The notes beneath the pieces were generated by a model. The model ran no database searches. It had not been told where the DNA came from and saw only the letters and a list, made by a program, of their open reading frames with translations. Source: an uncultured Methanoregulaceae archaeon (lineage in GTDB: Archaea; Halobacteriota; Methanomicrobia; Methanomicrobiales; Methanospirillaceae). From it: 64,000 nt of DNA. Below, piece by piece: positions 30,495 to 41,078 of the stretch. Where the stretch lies: positions 416,001-480,000 of the forward strand of contig OY970343.1 of assembly GCA_963717525.1 (NCBI GenBank), read 5' to 3'. Positions within the stretch are counted from its first letter, which is position 1; the number at the start of each line of letters is the position of its first letter. The translations under genes and the position numbers were made by a program.

Positions 30495-31511
30495 TTAATA
30501 CTTCCGTCTCATCGCAACCACACAGGCCGCGATGCCGAGGCTCACGATAGCGAGACCTTCGGGCAGGGGGGTAAAGGTCGTCTTTTTCGGGACGACGGTC
30601 GCGGTCGGTTCTGTGGTTGCCTGTCCTGTCGGGATCGTTGCCGCCGTGGTTATCGTCACCGTACCGGCCTGTGCGGTCAGGGTTGGTATTACTGTCGTCG
30701 GCGTGGGGTACGCAGCTGAAATAAAGGTGACTGTCTTGTCCCCGCTTGTTACCGTGCCGACAGCGGCGATCTGGTCGTAACTGCTGCTCATGCCATTGAG
30801 GTTCTGCGTAACATCAAAAGTGTAGGTACCTGGCGGATACACGCTGCTGCCGTCTGTGCTCTTTGCGTCCCGGTCCCATGCCTGCCCGTTTGTCCAGAAA
30901 TACGGTGAGGATGTGATTATCGGATCGCTGTCAAACGGGATGATCTGGGTTGTCGGGTTGCCTATATTTCCGGTAAGGATCTGGGGTATGTTCATTCCCT
31001 GGGGGGACGTGAGCGTGACTGTAAAAAAGCCGTCTGAAGGGTTATAATAGGGGCGTGAGGTGTAATTGAGCGCCATGTACAGGTTCGTATCGATCCGGTA
31101 CGTGATGTTTGCTGACATCGGCACCGATTGGCCGGTGATATCCGTATTGGTATCCGTGTTCCAGACCAAGAGATTGATCTGGGGCTGGTACACGGTAAAG
31201 ACCGGGATATCCGGTTTTGTGTCGTGCGTATACCAGGTGCCGGTACACCCGGAAAAAATTGCGGGATCTATATAAAACGAGGTTGCATCGCCGGATATCG
31301 TGACGGTCTTCGAAGGGTTCTGGCTCATGTCAGCACCCGCCGGCCACCACGCAATCACGGAATGCCCGTTCAGGCCTGAAGAGATGTCCATGTTGCGCTC
31401 GCCGATAAAGACCGGTGCACCGGCAGCAATCTTTGCCAGGCTTGCCTGGGAGGGTACGAGGATAAAGAACATAAGCAGGAGAAAAACAAGAGAAATTCGG
31501 CTTGATAACAT
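30495..31511 (-). CDS. Secreted surface glycoprotein (DUF3821-like) with Thr-rich linker and C-terminal TM plus basic sorting tail
   Basis: Signal peptide, GAPVFIGE motif, several N-x-S/T sites, TTFTPLP followed by a TM segment and RRKY. Confidence 0.75.
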   Translation of the reverse strand: MLSSRISLVFLLLMFFILVPSQASLAKIAAGAPVFIGERNMDISSGLNGHSVIAWWPAGADMSQNPSKTVTISGDATSFYIDPAIFSGCTGTWYTHDTKPDIPVFTVYQPQINLLVWNTDTNTDITGQSVPMSANITYRIDTNLYMALNYTSRPYYNPSDGFFTVTLTSPQGMNIPQILTGNIGNPTTQIIPFDSDPIITSSPYFWTNGQAWDRDAKSTDGSSVYPPGTYTFDVTQNLNGMSSSYDQIAAVGTVTSGDKTVTFISAAYPTPTTVIPTLTAQAGTVTITTAATIPTGQATTEPTATVVPKKTTFTPLPEGLAIVSLGIAACVVAMRRKY

Positions 31512-31670
31512 GAAAAGTAATTTCAAAACTCTTATGATAAAGATTATGACATTCTAGTAATTGAAAAAAGGACCATTTTCGGATCTGGAGAAAAGTACCC
31601 GGATATACCGGGCTCTTTCTTGCAGGAAAAATCAACTAGTCCAAAGACAATCTAGTCAGTACCAAAATGG

Positions 31671-32649
31671 ATGATGCGCATGGATGAGACCCACACCATC
31701 TGGATAGAGAAATACCGGCCGGCCAGGCTCGCCGATATTGTCGGTCAGGACGATATTGTTGAACGGCTCTCATCCTATGTAAAGTCCGGCAACCTCCCGC
31801 ACCTCCTTTTTACCGGAAGTGCCGGTGTGGGAAAGACAACTGCGGCAGTCACCCTTGCCCGGGAGTTTTTCGGGTCATCGTGGCGGATGAACTTCCGCGA
31901 GCTTAACGCGTCTGACGAGCGCGGTATCGATGTGGTGCGTAACCAGATCAAGGAGTTCGCCAGAACCCGGCCCGCCGGGGAGGAAGCATTCAAGATCCTG
32001 TTCCTCGATGAAGCCGATGCGCTCACGACCGATGCGCAGGCCGCATTGCGCAGGACGATGGAGAGCTATGCAAAGACCTGCCGGTTCATCCTCTCCTGCA
32101 ACTATTCCTCGAAAATTATCGACCCTATCCAGAGCCGGTGTGCGATCTACCGGTTCCGTCCGCTCGCCCCTCAGGCAGTAAAAGAGGAGATCGCCCGAAT
32201 CGCGGCAAAGGAACACCTGACCGTGACGCCCGGTGCGATGGACGCGATGGTCTATATCGCGCAGGGCGACATGCGTAAGGCCATCAACGCCCTGCAGGGT
32301 GCGGCAATCATCAGCACAACGATCGAGGCCCCTATGGTGTACGCGATCACCTCCAACGCCCGGCCGGATGAGATTGAGGAGCTCCTGAATCTCGCGCTTG
32401 CCGGTGATTTTGACGGGGCCGAATCCCTCCTGATGCAGCCTGCTGCGCGAGCGGGGGATCGCCCCGAACGAACTGATCAACCAGTGTTACCGGGCGCTCG
32501 TGAAACGCAGGATGGACCGGGCGCTCAAGGTGGAACTGATCGATGCCCTCGGGGAAACCGACTTCCGGCTCTCTGAGGGGGCAAGCAGCGACATCCAGAT
32601 AGAGGCGTTGATCGCCCGGTTTGTTCTTGCAAGCACCCGGAAGCGGTGA
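31671..32649 (+). CDS. rfcS: Replication factor C small subunit; apparent frameshift near 32440
   Basis: [45 protein letters not shown]; the shifted frame continues ...[19 protein letters not shown]. Confidence 0.93.
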
Positions 32650-32657
32650 GGCGAACC

Positions 32658-34769
32658 ATGGAAAAGGCACCCGAACTGCACCAGGGCGATCGAACCGACG
32701 ACTGGGGCAGGTTTTTAAAAAGCCGGTACAAGAAGGAACTCGGCGAGATCTCGCGTCTCTACCCTCATAAAAGGTCCCTTCTCATCGATTACCGGCAGAT
32801 CGAGCGGTTCGGGAAGGCCGGCATCATCCTTGCCGATGAACTGCTGGAGAACCCCGGCAAGGTGCTTGAGGATGTCTGGGACGCGATCAAAAACAACCAG
32901 CTGATCCGGGCAAAAGACGGTAAAGAGCCAAAGGGCGTCAATATCCGGTTCACGAACCTTCCCCGGAAGACTGCCATCCGTGAGATCCGGTCCGATGATA
33001 TCAACATGTTTGTCTCTGTCGAGGGCATTCTCCGGAAAACTACTGAAGTGCGCCCACGAATCGTGGAAGCGGTCTTCAAGTGCCCGGCCGGCCACTTCAC
33101 AAAAAAGATCCAGAAGTACGGTAAGTTCATCGAGCCGGATGGCTGCGCAACAGATGGCTGCACGTTCAAGAAACTGGATCTGGTACCCAAGCGCTCCACC
33201 TTTGTCGACTCTCAGAAACTCAGGGTCCAGGAATCCCCCGAGGGGCTGCGGGGGGGCGAACAGCCGCAGACGCTTGATATCGATGTGACCGACGATCTCA
33301 CGGGCATGGTCGCGCCGGGAGACCGGGTCGTCATCAACGGCATTCTCCGGTCCATGCAGCGGATCGTGAGAGGCGAAAAAAGCACGGTCTTTGATATTTT
33401 TCTGGAATGCAATTCGATTGAGATCGCAGAAAAGGAGTTCGAAGAGGTTGAGATTGACGAAAAGGCAGAGGATGAGATCAGGAAGCTTTCCTGTGACCCG
33501 ATGATCTACCGGATGTGTACCCACTCGATCGCCCCCACGATTTACGGTAATGAGGATGTCAAGGAAGCGATTACTCTCCAGCTCTTCGGGGGTATTGCCA
33601 AGGAGATGCCGGACGGGACGCATCTTCGGGGCGATATCCACGTGCTCCTGATAGGTGATCCCGGTATCGCAAAAAGCCAGCTGTTGCGCTACGTCGTGAA
33701 GTGCTCGCCGCGCGCGATCTATACGAGCGGACAGTCGTCGACATCAGCTGGCCTCACGGCGACCGCGGTCAAGGACGAGTTTGGGGAAGGACGCTGGACG
33801 CTTGAGGCAGGAGCCCTGGTACTCGCTGACATGGGTGTCGCCGCAGTCGATGAGATGGATAAGATGCAAAAAGAGGACCGGTCCGCCCTTCATGAAGCGA
33901 TGGAGCAGCAGACTATCAGTGTTGCAAAGGCAGGCATAACGGCGACGCTCAAGTCCCGGTGCGCCCTTCTTGGCGCGGCCAACCCGAAGTACGGGCGTTT
34001 CGATATGTATGGCGATATCGCCGACCAGATCAACATGCCCCCGTCGCTCCTCTCCCGTTTCGACCTGATCTTCATCATGACCGACCAGCCGGAGCAGAAA
34101 CGGGACCTGGCAATCGCCGAGCATATCCTCAAGGCGCACGCCATCGGGGAGCTCATCGTCCAGCACAAAAAGACGCCGATCCCCGGGGTCACGCAGGAGT
34201 ATATCGACCAGCAGCTCAAGCCAGTCATGCCGGATATCGAACCCTCGCTTTTCAGGAAGTACGTCGCGTACTCCAAGCGCACCTGTTTTCCGATCCTCTC
34301 GGCTGAGGCAAAGGAGGCGCTTGTCGGTTACTACCTCAAGCTCAGGGGGATTGCTGAGCCCAACAAGCCGGTGCCTGTGACCGCCCGCCAGCTCGAGGCG
34401 CTTGTACGGCTTGCGGAGGCAAGCGCCCGGATCCGGCTTTCGGACAAGATAGAAGCGGGCGACGCGGAGCGTGTGATCCATATCGTGGACGCGTGCCTGC
34501 GCCAGATTGCCTACGATGCAAAGACCGGTAACTTTGATATTGACAAGGTGGCGACCGGCATATCCAAGGAAAAGCGCGACATTGTCCGGGTGATCAAAGA
34601 CGCGATCCGGGACATCGGCGGGGAAGGCCGGCGCGCCGCCATCGAGCAGGTGATCGAGGCGGTCGCCGCCAAAGGTTTTGGGCAGGACAAGGTGCGGGAA
34701 GGGATCGATATGCTCCTGCGGCATGGCGAGGCCATGGAGCCAAAGCAGGGCATTATCCAGCTGATATGA
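32658..34769 (+). CDS. mcm: Replicative helicase MCM
   Basis: GDPGIAKSQLL, SAGLTA, EAGALVLAD, VDEMDKM, AANPKYGRFD, LSRFDL, TARQLE; no intein. Confidence 0.97.
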   Translation: MEKAPELHQGDRTDDWGRFLKSRYKKELGEISRLYPHKRSLLIDYRQIERFGKAGIILADELLENPGKVLEDVWDAIKNNQLIRAKDGKEPKGVNIRFTNLPRKTAIREIRSDDINMFVSVEGILRKTTEVRPRIVEAVFKCPAGHFTKKIQKYGKFIEPDGCATDGCTFKKLDLVPKRSTFVDSQKLRVQESPEGLRGGEQPQTLDIDVTDDLTGMVAPGDRVVINGILRSMQRIVRGEKSTVFDIFLECNSIEIAEKEFEEVEIDEKAEDEIRKLSCDPMIYRMCTHSIAPTIYGNEDVKEAITLQLFGGIAKEMPDGTHLRGDIHVLLIGDPGIAKSQLLRYVVKCSPRAIYTSGQSSTSAGLTATAVKDEFGEGRWTLEAGALVLADMGVAAVDEMDKMQKEDRSALHEAMEQQTISVAKAGITATLKSRCALLGAANPKYGRFDMYGDIADQINMPPSLLSRFDLIFIMTDQPEQKRDLAIAEHILKAHAIGELIVQHKKTPIPGVTQEYIDQQLKPVMPDIEPSLFRKYVAYSKRTCFPILSAEAKEALVGYYLKLRGIAEPNKPVPVTARQLEALVRLAEASARIRLSDKIEAGDAERVIHIVDACLRQIAYDAKTGNFDIDKVATGISKEKRDIVRVIKDAIRDIGGEGRRAAIEQVIEAVAAKGFGQDKVREGIDMLLRHGEAMEPKQGIIQLI

Positions 34770-34806
34770 GGTGAGCGCACGTGAGACCGTCACAGGAATC
34801 CGGGCA

Positions 34807-35158
34807 ATGCAAGTGATCGCGAACGGGCCATCTTCGAGGCCGGGATCAAGCTCGGGGCACTCTACCACCAGTGGGTGGGAACGCCCATTTCACAGGAATC
34901 GGCGGCAAGTGTGGAGTCGGCGATTGAAAAAGCCGTGATCCTCCAGCCCTTTGTCGAGGAAATCACGGTAAAGCTCAACTGCACGCTGATGCAAAAGAAT
35001 GTATTCGGGTACAGCGAACTCTCCGGTTTGATGTTTGATGTGGAGATCGTGACCCGGGTGGGCTTTTGTACTGCCGGGCCGCTCTTGCGCCGGAGAATGG
35101 CTACCCCCTTATGAGAATCCTCGAGTGCCATGAGATCACGACTCTTTCCAATTACTGA
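34807..35158 (+). CDS. mptD: Archaeal dihydroneopterin aldolase (DUF381); apparent indels just after the start and near 35068
   Basis: SDRERAIFEAGIKLGALYHQWVGTPIS...QPFV...FGYSEL...GYPLM. Confidence 0.78.
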
Positions 35159-35957
35159 CGATCATATCCATTTCGACCCGGTGAACGGGCGGGGGATTGA
35201 CGCAGCAAAGGATTTCCTGCACGCGGGAGGGACGCATATCTTCCTTGTCTCAAAACCCTCGTGGTCGCTTGGGATCACACCGGCCTCTGGCACCGATTAT
35301 GCACAGGTCTTTGACGAAACCCTTCGTATTGCCGGGCTGATACGGGAGACGGGCCTTGTGGTGTTCCCTGTCCTTGGGATCCACCCAGCGGAGATCAGCC
35401 GGCTTACGGAACGCATGCCCCTTGCAGATGCCGCCGGCGTTATGAAAGGCGGCCTTGAATGTGCTGCAGGTTATGTCAGGGATGGCCGGGCCGTGGCGCT
35501 CAAGAGCGGGCGGCCGCATTACGAGGTAAGCTCCGAGGTGCTTGCAGCGTCAAACGATGTGCTGTTCCATGCACTCGGGCTTGCTGCTGGATACCGGTGC
35601 GCCCTCCAGATCCACGCGGAGAGCGGGCCGTGTGCCGATATCGTTGATATGGCCAGGGTTGCAGGTATGACGGTTGAACGCGTGGTCAAGCACTACGGCT
35701 CACCAGAGACACCGCTCCACCCCTCGCTTGTAGCCCGTCACGAGGCAGTGCCGGTCCTTGCGCGTGAGCACCGGCCCTTTACCATGGAGAGCGATTTCAT
35801 GGATGAAAACTCGCGGCCCGGCGCTGTGACGGGCCCGAAATCCGTCCCCCGGATCACAAAGAAACTCCTCGAATCGGGCGTGATCAACGAGGAGGACTGC
35901 TGGCGTATCCACGGCGAGACCATAGAGAAAGTCTATGGCGTCCGCATCACGCTGTAG
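35130..35957 (+). CDS. TatD-family amidohydrolase-fold protein
   Basis: DDHIH, GIHP, GRPHY, QIHAE, VKHY, ESDFMD..RPGAV.GP. Confidence 0.85.
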   Translation: MRSRLFPITDDHIHFDPVNGRGIDAAKDFLHAGGTHIFLVSKPSWSLGITPASGTDYAQVFDETLRIAGLIRETGLVVFPVLGIHPAEISRLTERMPLADAAGVMKGGLECAAGYVRDGRAVALKSGRPHYEVSSEVLAASNDVLFHALGLAAGYRCALQIHAESGPCADIVDMARVAGMTVERVVKHYGSPETPLHPSLVARHEAVPVLAREHRPFTMESDFMDENSRPGAVTGPKSVPRITKKLLESGVINEEDCWRIHGETIEKVYGVRITL

Positions 35958-36009
35958 AACGGGGTATCTTCCCATCTTTTATCTGGTGGCTCGGCAAAAC
36001 AACTGATCA

Positions 36010-36303
36010 ATGTATCTCAAAATCCACCGGTTGCCCGGAACGGGTGACGTGGTTGCGGTCTGCGACCGCGAACTGCTCAATATGACCATAACTGACGGCG
36101 ATCTCAAAGTAACCGTATCTGAATATTTCTACGGCACCACTCCCGTGGACGAAGCAGCAGTCATCGAAGCCCTGAGCAGGGGCGACAACGTCAATCTTAT
36201 TGGAGAACGCTCGGTTGGCGTTGCGGTAAAACTGGGACTTATAGCCCGGGCGGACTGTATTATGGTCGGCAGCGTCCCGCATGCCCAGATCTACCAGCTA
36301 TGA
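36010..36303 (+). CDS. DUF424 family protein
   Basis: VVAVCDRELL, FYG, NLIGE..V..A, VPHAQI. Confidence 0.85.
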   Translation: MYLKIHRLPGTGDVVAVCDRELLNMTITDGDLKVTVSEYFYGTTPVDEAAVIEALSRGDNVNLIGERSVGVAVKLGLIARADCIMVGSVPHAQIYQL

Positions 36304-37343
36304 CCACGATCAGGGATCGGTTCTGCCCGAAATGCGGCAGGCCTGCGGAGACGGACGGCCTCTGTATGATATGCCGTGCGGCAGAGACCCCGTGGGCCGC
36401 ATGCGATACGCGGGTTGCACGTACCCACTGCCCCAGCTGCGGTGCGACAAAGCAGGTGAACACCTGGACGGATACGGAACGTGAGCAGGCGGAGATCGCG
36501 CCCGACCTTGCACGGAGTGCGGTGCACTTCCACCCTAATGTGAAGAAACGCTCGATTGCCGTGGAAGTGCGGGATATCAGCCCCAACCGGTCCCGGGCCT
36601 ACCTCACGATCACCGGTACCCTGTACGGGCTTTCCATGGAGAAGACCTGCACGGTCGAACTGGTCTGGCACAAGGAGCAGTGCGACCGGTGCAACCGGAT
36701 CACCGGTAGTTACTACGAGGGGATCGTGCAGGTCCGTGCGGACCAACGCGATTTAAGCCCGTTTGAACTGCAATCGGCAGCAGCCATTGCAACCCAGATC
36801 GAGGAATCCCTTATTGCCGGGGGCGAGCGCCTCTCGTTTATCTCCGATATGACCGAGAGCAGGGATGGCCTTGACATCACCGTCGGCTCACAGCATATCG
36901 GCCTTTTGATCGTTCAGGGTATAACGGCGCAGTTTGGGGGACGGTACACAACGCACCCGAAACTTGTGGGTGAGAAAAACGGGCGACAGCTTTTCCGTAT
37001 CACGTATCTTGTCCGCCTGCCCCGGTACCAGCGGCATGACGTGGTCAGACTCGGCCGGGTCTACGCCGAAGTGGAGCAGGTGGACTCCCGGCATGTGCGG
37101 GTTTTCGACCTGTCTGAGGGAAGGAGCCGTTCAATAAAAGAGGATGAGATCCTCAGGAGGATTGGCAATGCGCGGAATGCGCAGCCGGCGTTTGTCGCGT
37201 ATATTGCTGGCGGGATGATGGGCATCCTCGACCCGGAGACCGGCGTGACAAAGGAATACCCGAAAAAGCCCTGGCAGACGATTGTTGCCGGGGAGAACGT
37301 GCAGGTGCTCCGTGACGGGGACATCCTTGTCGTTATGAGGTAA
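36300..37343 (+). CDS. NMD3-like ribosome biogenesis protein
   Basis: Four CxxC pairs, YYEGIVQVRA, GLDITVGS, KLVGEKNG..FRITYLVRLP. Confidence 0.88.
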   Translation: MTTIRDRFCPKCGRPAETDGLCMICRAAETPWAACDTRVARTHCPSCGATKQVNTWTDTEREQAEIAPDLARSAVHFHPNVKKRSIAVEVRDISPNRSRAYLTITGTLYGLSMEKTCTVELVWHKEQCDRCNRITGSYYEGIVQVRADQRDLSPFELQSAAAIATQIEESLIAGGERLSFISDMTESRDGLDITVGSQHIGLLIVQGITAQFGGRYTTHPKLVGEKNGRQLFRITYLVRLPRYQRHDVVRLGRVYAEVEQVDSRHVRVFDLSEGRSRSIKEDEILRRIGNARNAQPAFVAYIAGGMMGILDPETGVTKEYPKKPWQTIVAGENVQVLRDGDILVVMR

Positions 37344-37357
37344 CATTCCGGGGCATT

Positions 37358-38237
37358 ATGCGAGCACGAGCAGTCCGGACGGATCAGCTTGCGGGGGTCC
37401 GCAATGCTGCATGGGTCGATACGACCCGGCACCCCTACGTGACCGGGGAGATCGCATGGGTGCCGGTCCGGGAGGGTCTCCTGTTCGATTGCGAGATCCC
37501 GGAACGTCACGAATACAGCGGCCGCGGCTATTTTATGCTTGGCGATGCGGCGGTCATCCACGGGAACCGGCCCACCGATCAGGAAGTTGAGGGGATCGTC
37601 CGCTTCCGGCGCCCGCGCGGCGTGCTCTGGATCGAATCGCTCACTGATGTGACCCGGACCCCGGCCACGGAGGTCATGTGGGGCCATGTCGGGGAGGTAT
37701 GTCACCGGGAGGGCGGATATTCCTACTCTCTTGATCCCCGCAAGGTGATGTTCGCACAAGGCAACCGTGGTGAGAAGGTGAGGATGGCCCGGCTCGTCCG
37801 CGAAGGCCATGCGGGTGCGCGGGTGGCGGATATGTTTGCCGGCATCGGCTACTTCACCATCCCGATGGCGGGAAGCGGGGCACAGGTCCATGCAATGGAG
37901 ATCAACCCGGTCGCCTTTGCGTACCTGGAGCAGAATATTGCAAAGAACGGTCTTACCGGGCAGGGTGAATGCATCCTGCGGGGACTGCCGCACCCTGCTC
38001 TCCGGCTTTTATGACCGGGTCGTGATGGGGCATTTCGACGCCGTCAGCATACTGCCTCTAGTCTTCCCTCATGTGGGTGAAGGAAGCGTTATCCACGTGC
38101 ACAGCATCGGCGAGGCGACAGAAGCGATCCGGGACCTGGTTGAAGGCGCAGGTTTTTCTGCCTCCATCCAGGTACATAAGGTAAAGAAATACCGCCCGCA
38201 CACATGGCATGTCGTGCAGGATGTGACCCTCTCGTGA
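37358..38237 (+). CDS. Taw2/Tyw2-like SAM-dependent tRNA-modifying enzyme (Met-10+ family); apparent frameshift near 37960
   Basis: KVMFAQGNRGEK.RM, DMFAGIGYFTIP, EINP, then DRVVMG...KVKKYRP..WHVV.D in the shifted frame. Confidence 0.8.
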
Positions 38238-39403
38238 CCGTACAGACCCTCGCAGGAAAAGAGATCGTGATCGGCGTGACCGGGAGCATCGCCGCTGTCG
38301 AAACCGTGAAACTCATCCATGCGTTGCGCAGGAAAGGAGCAGGGGTCCAGCCGGTCATGAGCGCGGCGGCGCTGGGCATTATTCATCCCGATGCTCTCAC
38401 GTACGCGAGTGGCAGGCAGACGATCACCCGGCTCTCGGGCCTTGTTGAGCATGTGACATACTGTGGCGATGGCGGGACCACCTCGCTTCTTCTTGTTGCG
38501 CCCTGCACGGCAAATACCCTCGGGAAGATCGCGTGCGGTATCGATGATACGCCGGTTACGACGTTTGCCACGACTGCGCTTGGCAGTGGGATGCCGGTGC
38601 TCGTAGTACCTGCGATGCACCATAGCATGTACCGGCACCCGGCGGTGGTGAGGAACATCAAAACCCTCAAATCGTGGGGCGTTGGCTTCGCGGGCCCGAA
38701 GGTCGAAGAGGGGAAGGCAAAGATCGCCGGGATTGATGAGATCGTCCTCCGCTGCGAGCGGGCCGTCCTCGGCAGTCCGCTTGCCGGGAAAAAGGTACTG
38801 GTCACGAGCGGTGCCTGCCGCGAACCGGTGGATGACGTGCGGGTGCTGACCACCCGGTCCAGCGGGCAGATGGGGCAGGAGCTTGCGCTCGAAGCATACC
38901 GGCTCGGTGCCGATGTCACCGTCGTACACAACAGTTTCCTGCCCTGCGTGGAGAACGTGCCAGTGGAGACTGCAGCGGATATGCGCAGGGCTGTAAACAC
39001 GTATCTCAAAAAACGGAGTCCCGACCTCTATATCAGCGCTGCGGCCATCTCGGATTTTGCCCCAAAAAAAGTTGAAGGGAAGATAAAAAGCGGGAAACCG
39101 CTCGCGCTCGCGCTCTCCCCGCTCCCGAAACTGATCGACAGTGTCCTTGAACATGGTGTGAAGCAGGTTGTCGCCTTTAAGATTGGGAGAACGCCCCTGC
39201 CGGAGGCAAAGGCGCTGCTTGACCGCGGCGTTTGGATAGTCGTTACCAATACTCCTAAAAGCATGGGTACGGCCACCGGCTCCTACCGTATCCTGACCGG
39301 GAAGACAAAGACAGGCATGCCGGTCTCCGGAACAAAGGAGGAGATTGCCGCCCGGATCTGGCAGGCAACCCTGTCCGGGATGAAAAAGACCGGTGGTCCA
39401 TGA
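38234..39403 (+). CDS. coaBC: Phosphopantothenoylcysteine decarboxylase/synthetase
   Basis: GVTGSIAA, APCTANTLGK, PAMH..M, EPVDDVR..TTRSSGQMG, AAAISDF. Confidence 0.93.
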   Translation: MTVQTLAGKEIVIGVTGSIAAVETVKLIHALRRKGAGVQPVMSAAALGIIHPDALTYASGRQTITRLSGLVEHVTYCGDGGTTSLLLVAPCTANTLGKIACGIDDTPVTTFATTALGSGMPVLVVPAMHHSMYRHPAVVRNIKTLKSWGVGFAGPKVEEGKAKIAGIDEIVLRCERAVLGSPLAGKKVLVTSGACREPVDDVRVLTTRSSGQMGQELALEAYRLGADVTVVHNSFLPCVENVPVETAADMRRAVNTYLKKRSPDLYISAAAISDFAPKKVEGKIKSGKPLALALSPLPKLIDSVLEHGVKQVVAFKIGRTPLPEAKALLDRGVWIVVTNTPKSMGTATGSYRILTGKTKTGMPVSGTKEEIAARIWQATLSGMKKTGGP

Positions 39404-39485
39404 CCGGGCCTGGGTTGCATACCCCCGTGAACATAACTCCTAAAAGAGCCGACGTCCAACCAGATATCACAGGTACCAGACTGCC

Positions 39486-40350
39486 ATGACACCTGCATCC
39501 GTGACAGCGTTCTGTCCCGGCCACATCTCCGGATACTTCAGGAGGGTTGACGGACATGATCCGGCAACAACGGGGAGCATTGGTGCCGGCATCGTGATAA
39601 ACGAGGGAGTGACCGCCACCGTGAGACTTTCCCCCCACTCATCCGTAGTTGTGCGCGTCCGGTCACCGGAAGGCACGGCCCGGGAAATATCCCGTACATC
39701 CCCTCCCCTTTCTTTTGCGCTTGACCGTCTGGGTGTAACTGTTGCTGTTGAGACCGTCTGCCGGCTCCCTATCGGCGCCGGTTTCGGCCTCTCTGCCGCG
39801 GCGCTCCTCGCCACGCTTTCGGCCACCAACAGGCTTCTGGCCCTCGATCTTGGTGCAGATGCGATCGCAGAACTTGCCCACGAGACCGAGGTAATCTTCC
39901 GTACCGGCCTTGGGGATGTTGCTGCATGCCAGGGAGGCGGGCGCGTCGTGCGGACAGGCCCCGGCATCCACGGCACGATCCTCCGCAGTTTCGATCTTGA
40001 CGCCCCGGTCTGCGCCGTCAGTTTCGGCCCAATCCACACGCCGGATGTGCTTGGCTCTCCCGCACAGATGGCACAAGTGGCTGCGGCATTTCCCCAAAGG
40101 CAGCCAAAGAATTTTATGGAATTTTTTGCCTGCTGCAGGGAATTTTCGGCAGGAAGCGGACTTGAAACACCCGCAGTACAGCGGGTCCTTGCCGAATGCG
40201 ACCGGGCAGGGTATTCCGGCTGCGATGACCATGCTTGGCGACGGGGTATTTGCCTATGGTGAGCGTGCCTGCGATGCGCTTCGTCCCTTCGGCGAGGTAT
40301 ACGGGATGGGTATGGCAGATGCCGGTGTACGGGTGGAGAGTGCCGCATGA
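39486..40350 (+). CDS. Pantoate kinase (GHMP family); apparent frameshift near 40210
   Basis: FCPGHISGYF, GSIGAG, PIGAGFGLSAA, AHETEV..TGLGDV, GPG, MTMLGDGVF. Confidence 0.88.
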
Positions 40351-41078
40351 TCCCCAAAAACCACCCAAGGTACAAATCATTAGTTACCCGGGAGCATCTC
40401 GCAGAGAATGCACGATCGGGCATCGTCTCATGGGAGGGTCTGATCTCCCATGGCCGTGGCGAGGCATTCGATTACCTGATTGGGGAAAAGACCAGTGAGA
40501 GCGCCCGCCGGGCTGCGAGGACAGCGGCGGCCCTGCTCCGCACTGCGCGGCATCCGGTTATCTCGGTGAACGGCAACACTGCTGTCCTCGCAGCACAAAA
40601 GATCGCGCTGCTCCAGAAGGTAAGCGGTGCGCTTGTCGAGGTCAATCTCTTTCACCGTACATCGGAACGAGTGCAGCAGATCGAAACCCTGCTACGGAAC
40701 GCGGGAGTTGATGTTTTTTCCGGGAACGCGGAGCGCCTGCTTCCACTCTCGCACGACCGGGCATTCTGCCGGCGAGAGGGAATGTATGCTGCAGATGTGG
40801 TCCTGGTCCCGCTCGAAGATGGCGACCGGTGCGGCGTCCTGGTCGCAATGGGAAAAAAAGTGATCGCGATCGATCTCAATCCCCTCTCCCGCACCGCAAA
40901 GACCGCTACCCTGACCATCGTGGATGACGTGACCCGGGCCCTGCCGCTTATTGCCGAAGCCTGCGCATCGATCACCGATGAAGAGTGCCGCGATCTGATT
41001 GCGACGCTGGATAATCCTGCTTTCCTCAGGGAAGCGCGGGACGAGATGGCAGCGAGGTTGTGTCATGCTCTGGACTGA
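40347..41078 (+). CDS. Phosphopantothenate synthetase (archaeal)
   Basis: IPKNHPRYKSL, HGRGEAFDYLIGE, SVNGN, EVNLF, VPLEDGDR, IDLNPLSRT. Confidence 0.93.
   Translation: MIPKNHPRYKSLVTREHLAENARSGIVSWEGLISHGRGEAFDYLIGEKTSESARRAARTAAALLRTARHPVISVNGNTAVLAAQKIALLQKVSGALVEVNLFHRTSERVQQIETLLRNAGVDVFSGNAERLLPLSHDRAFCRREGMYAADVVLVPLEDGDRCGVLVAMGKKVIAIDLNPLSRTAKTATLTIVDDVTRALPLIAEACASITDEECRDLIATLDNPAFLREARDEMAARLCHALD

Noticed and set aside
31500..34769. Replication origin or inteins at rfcS-mcm
   Set aside because: No cdc6/orc1 gene or ORB repeats seen; MCM, RFC and Lhr have normal lengths and no intein motifs
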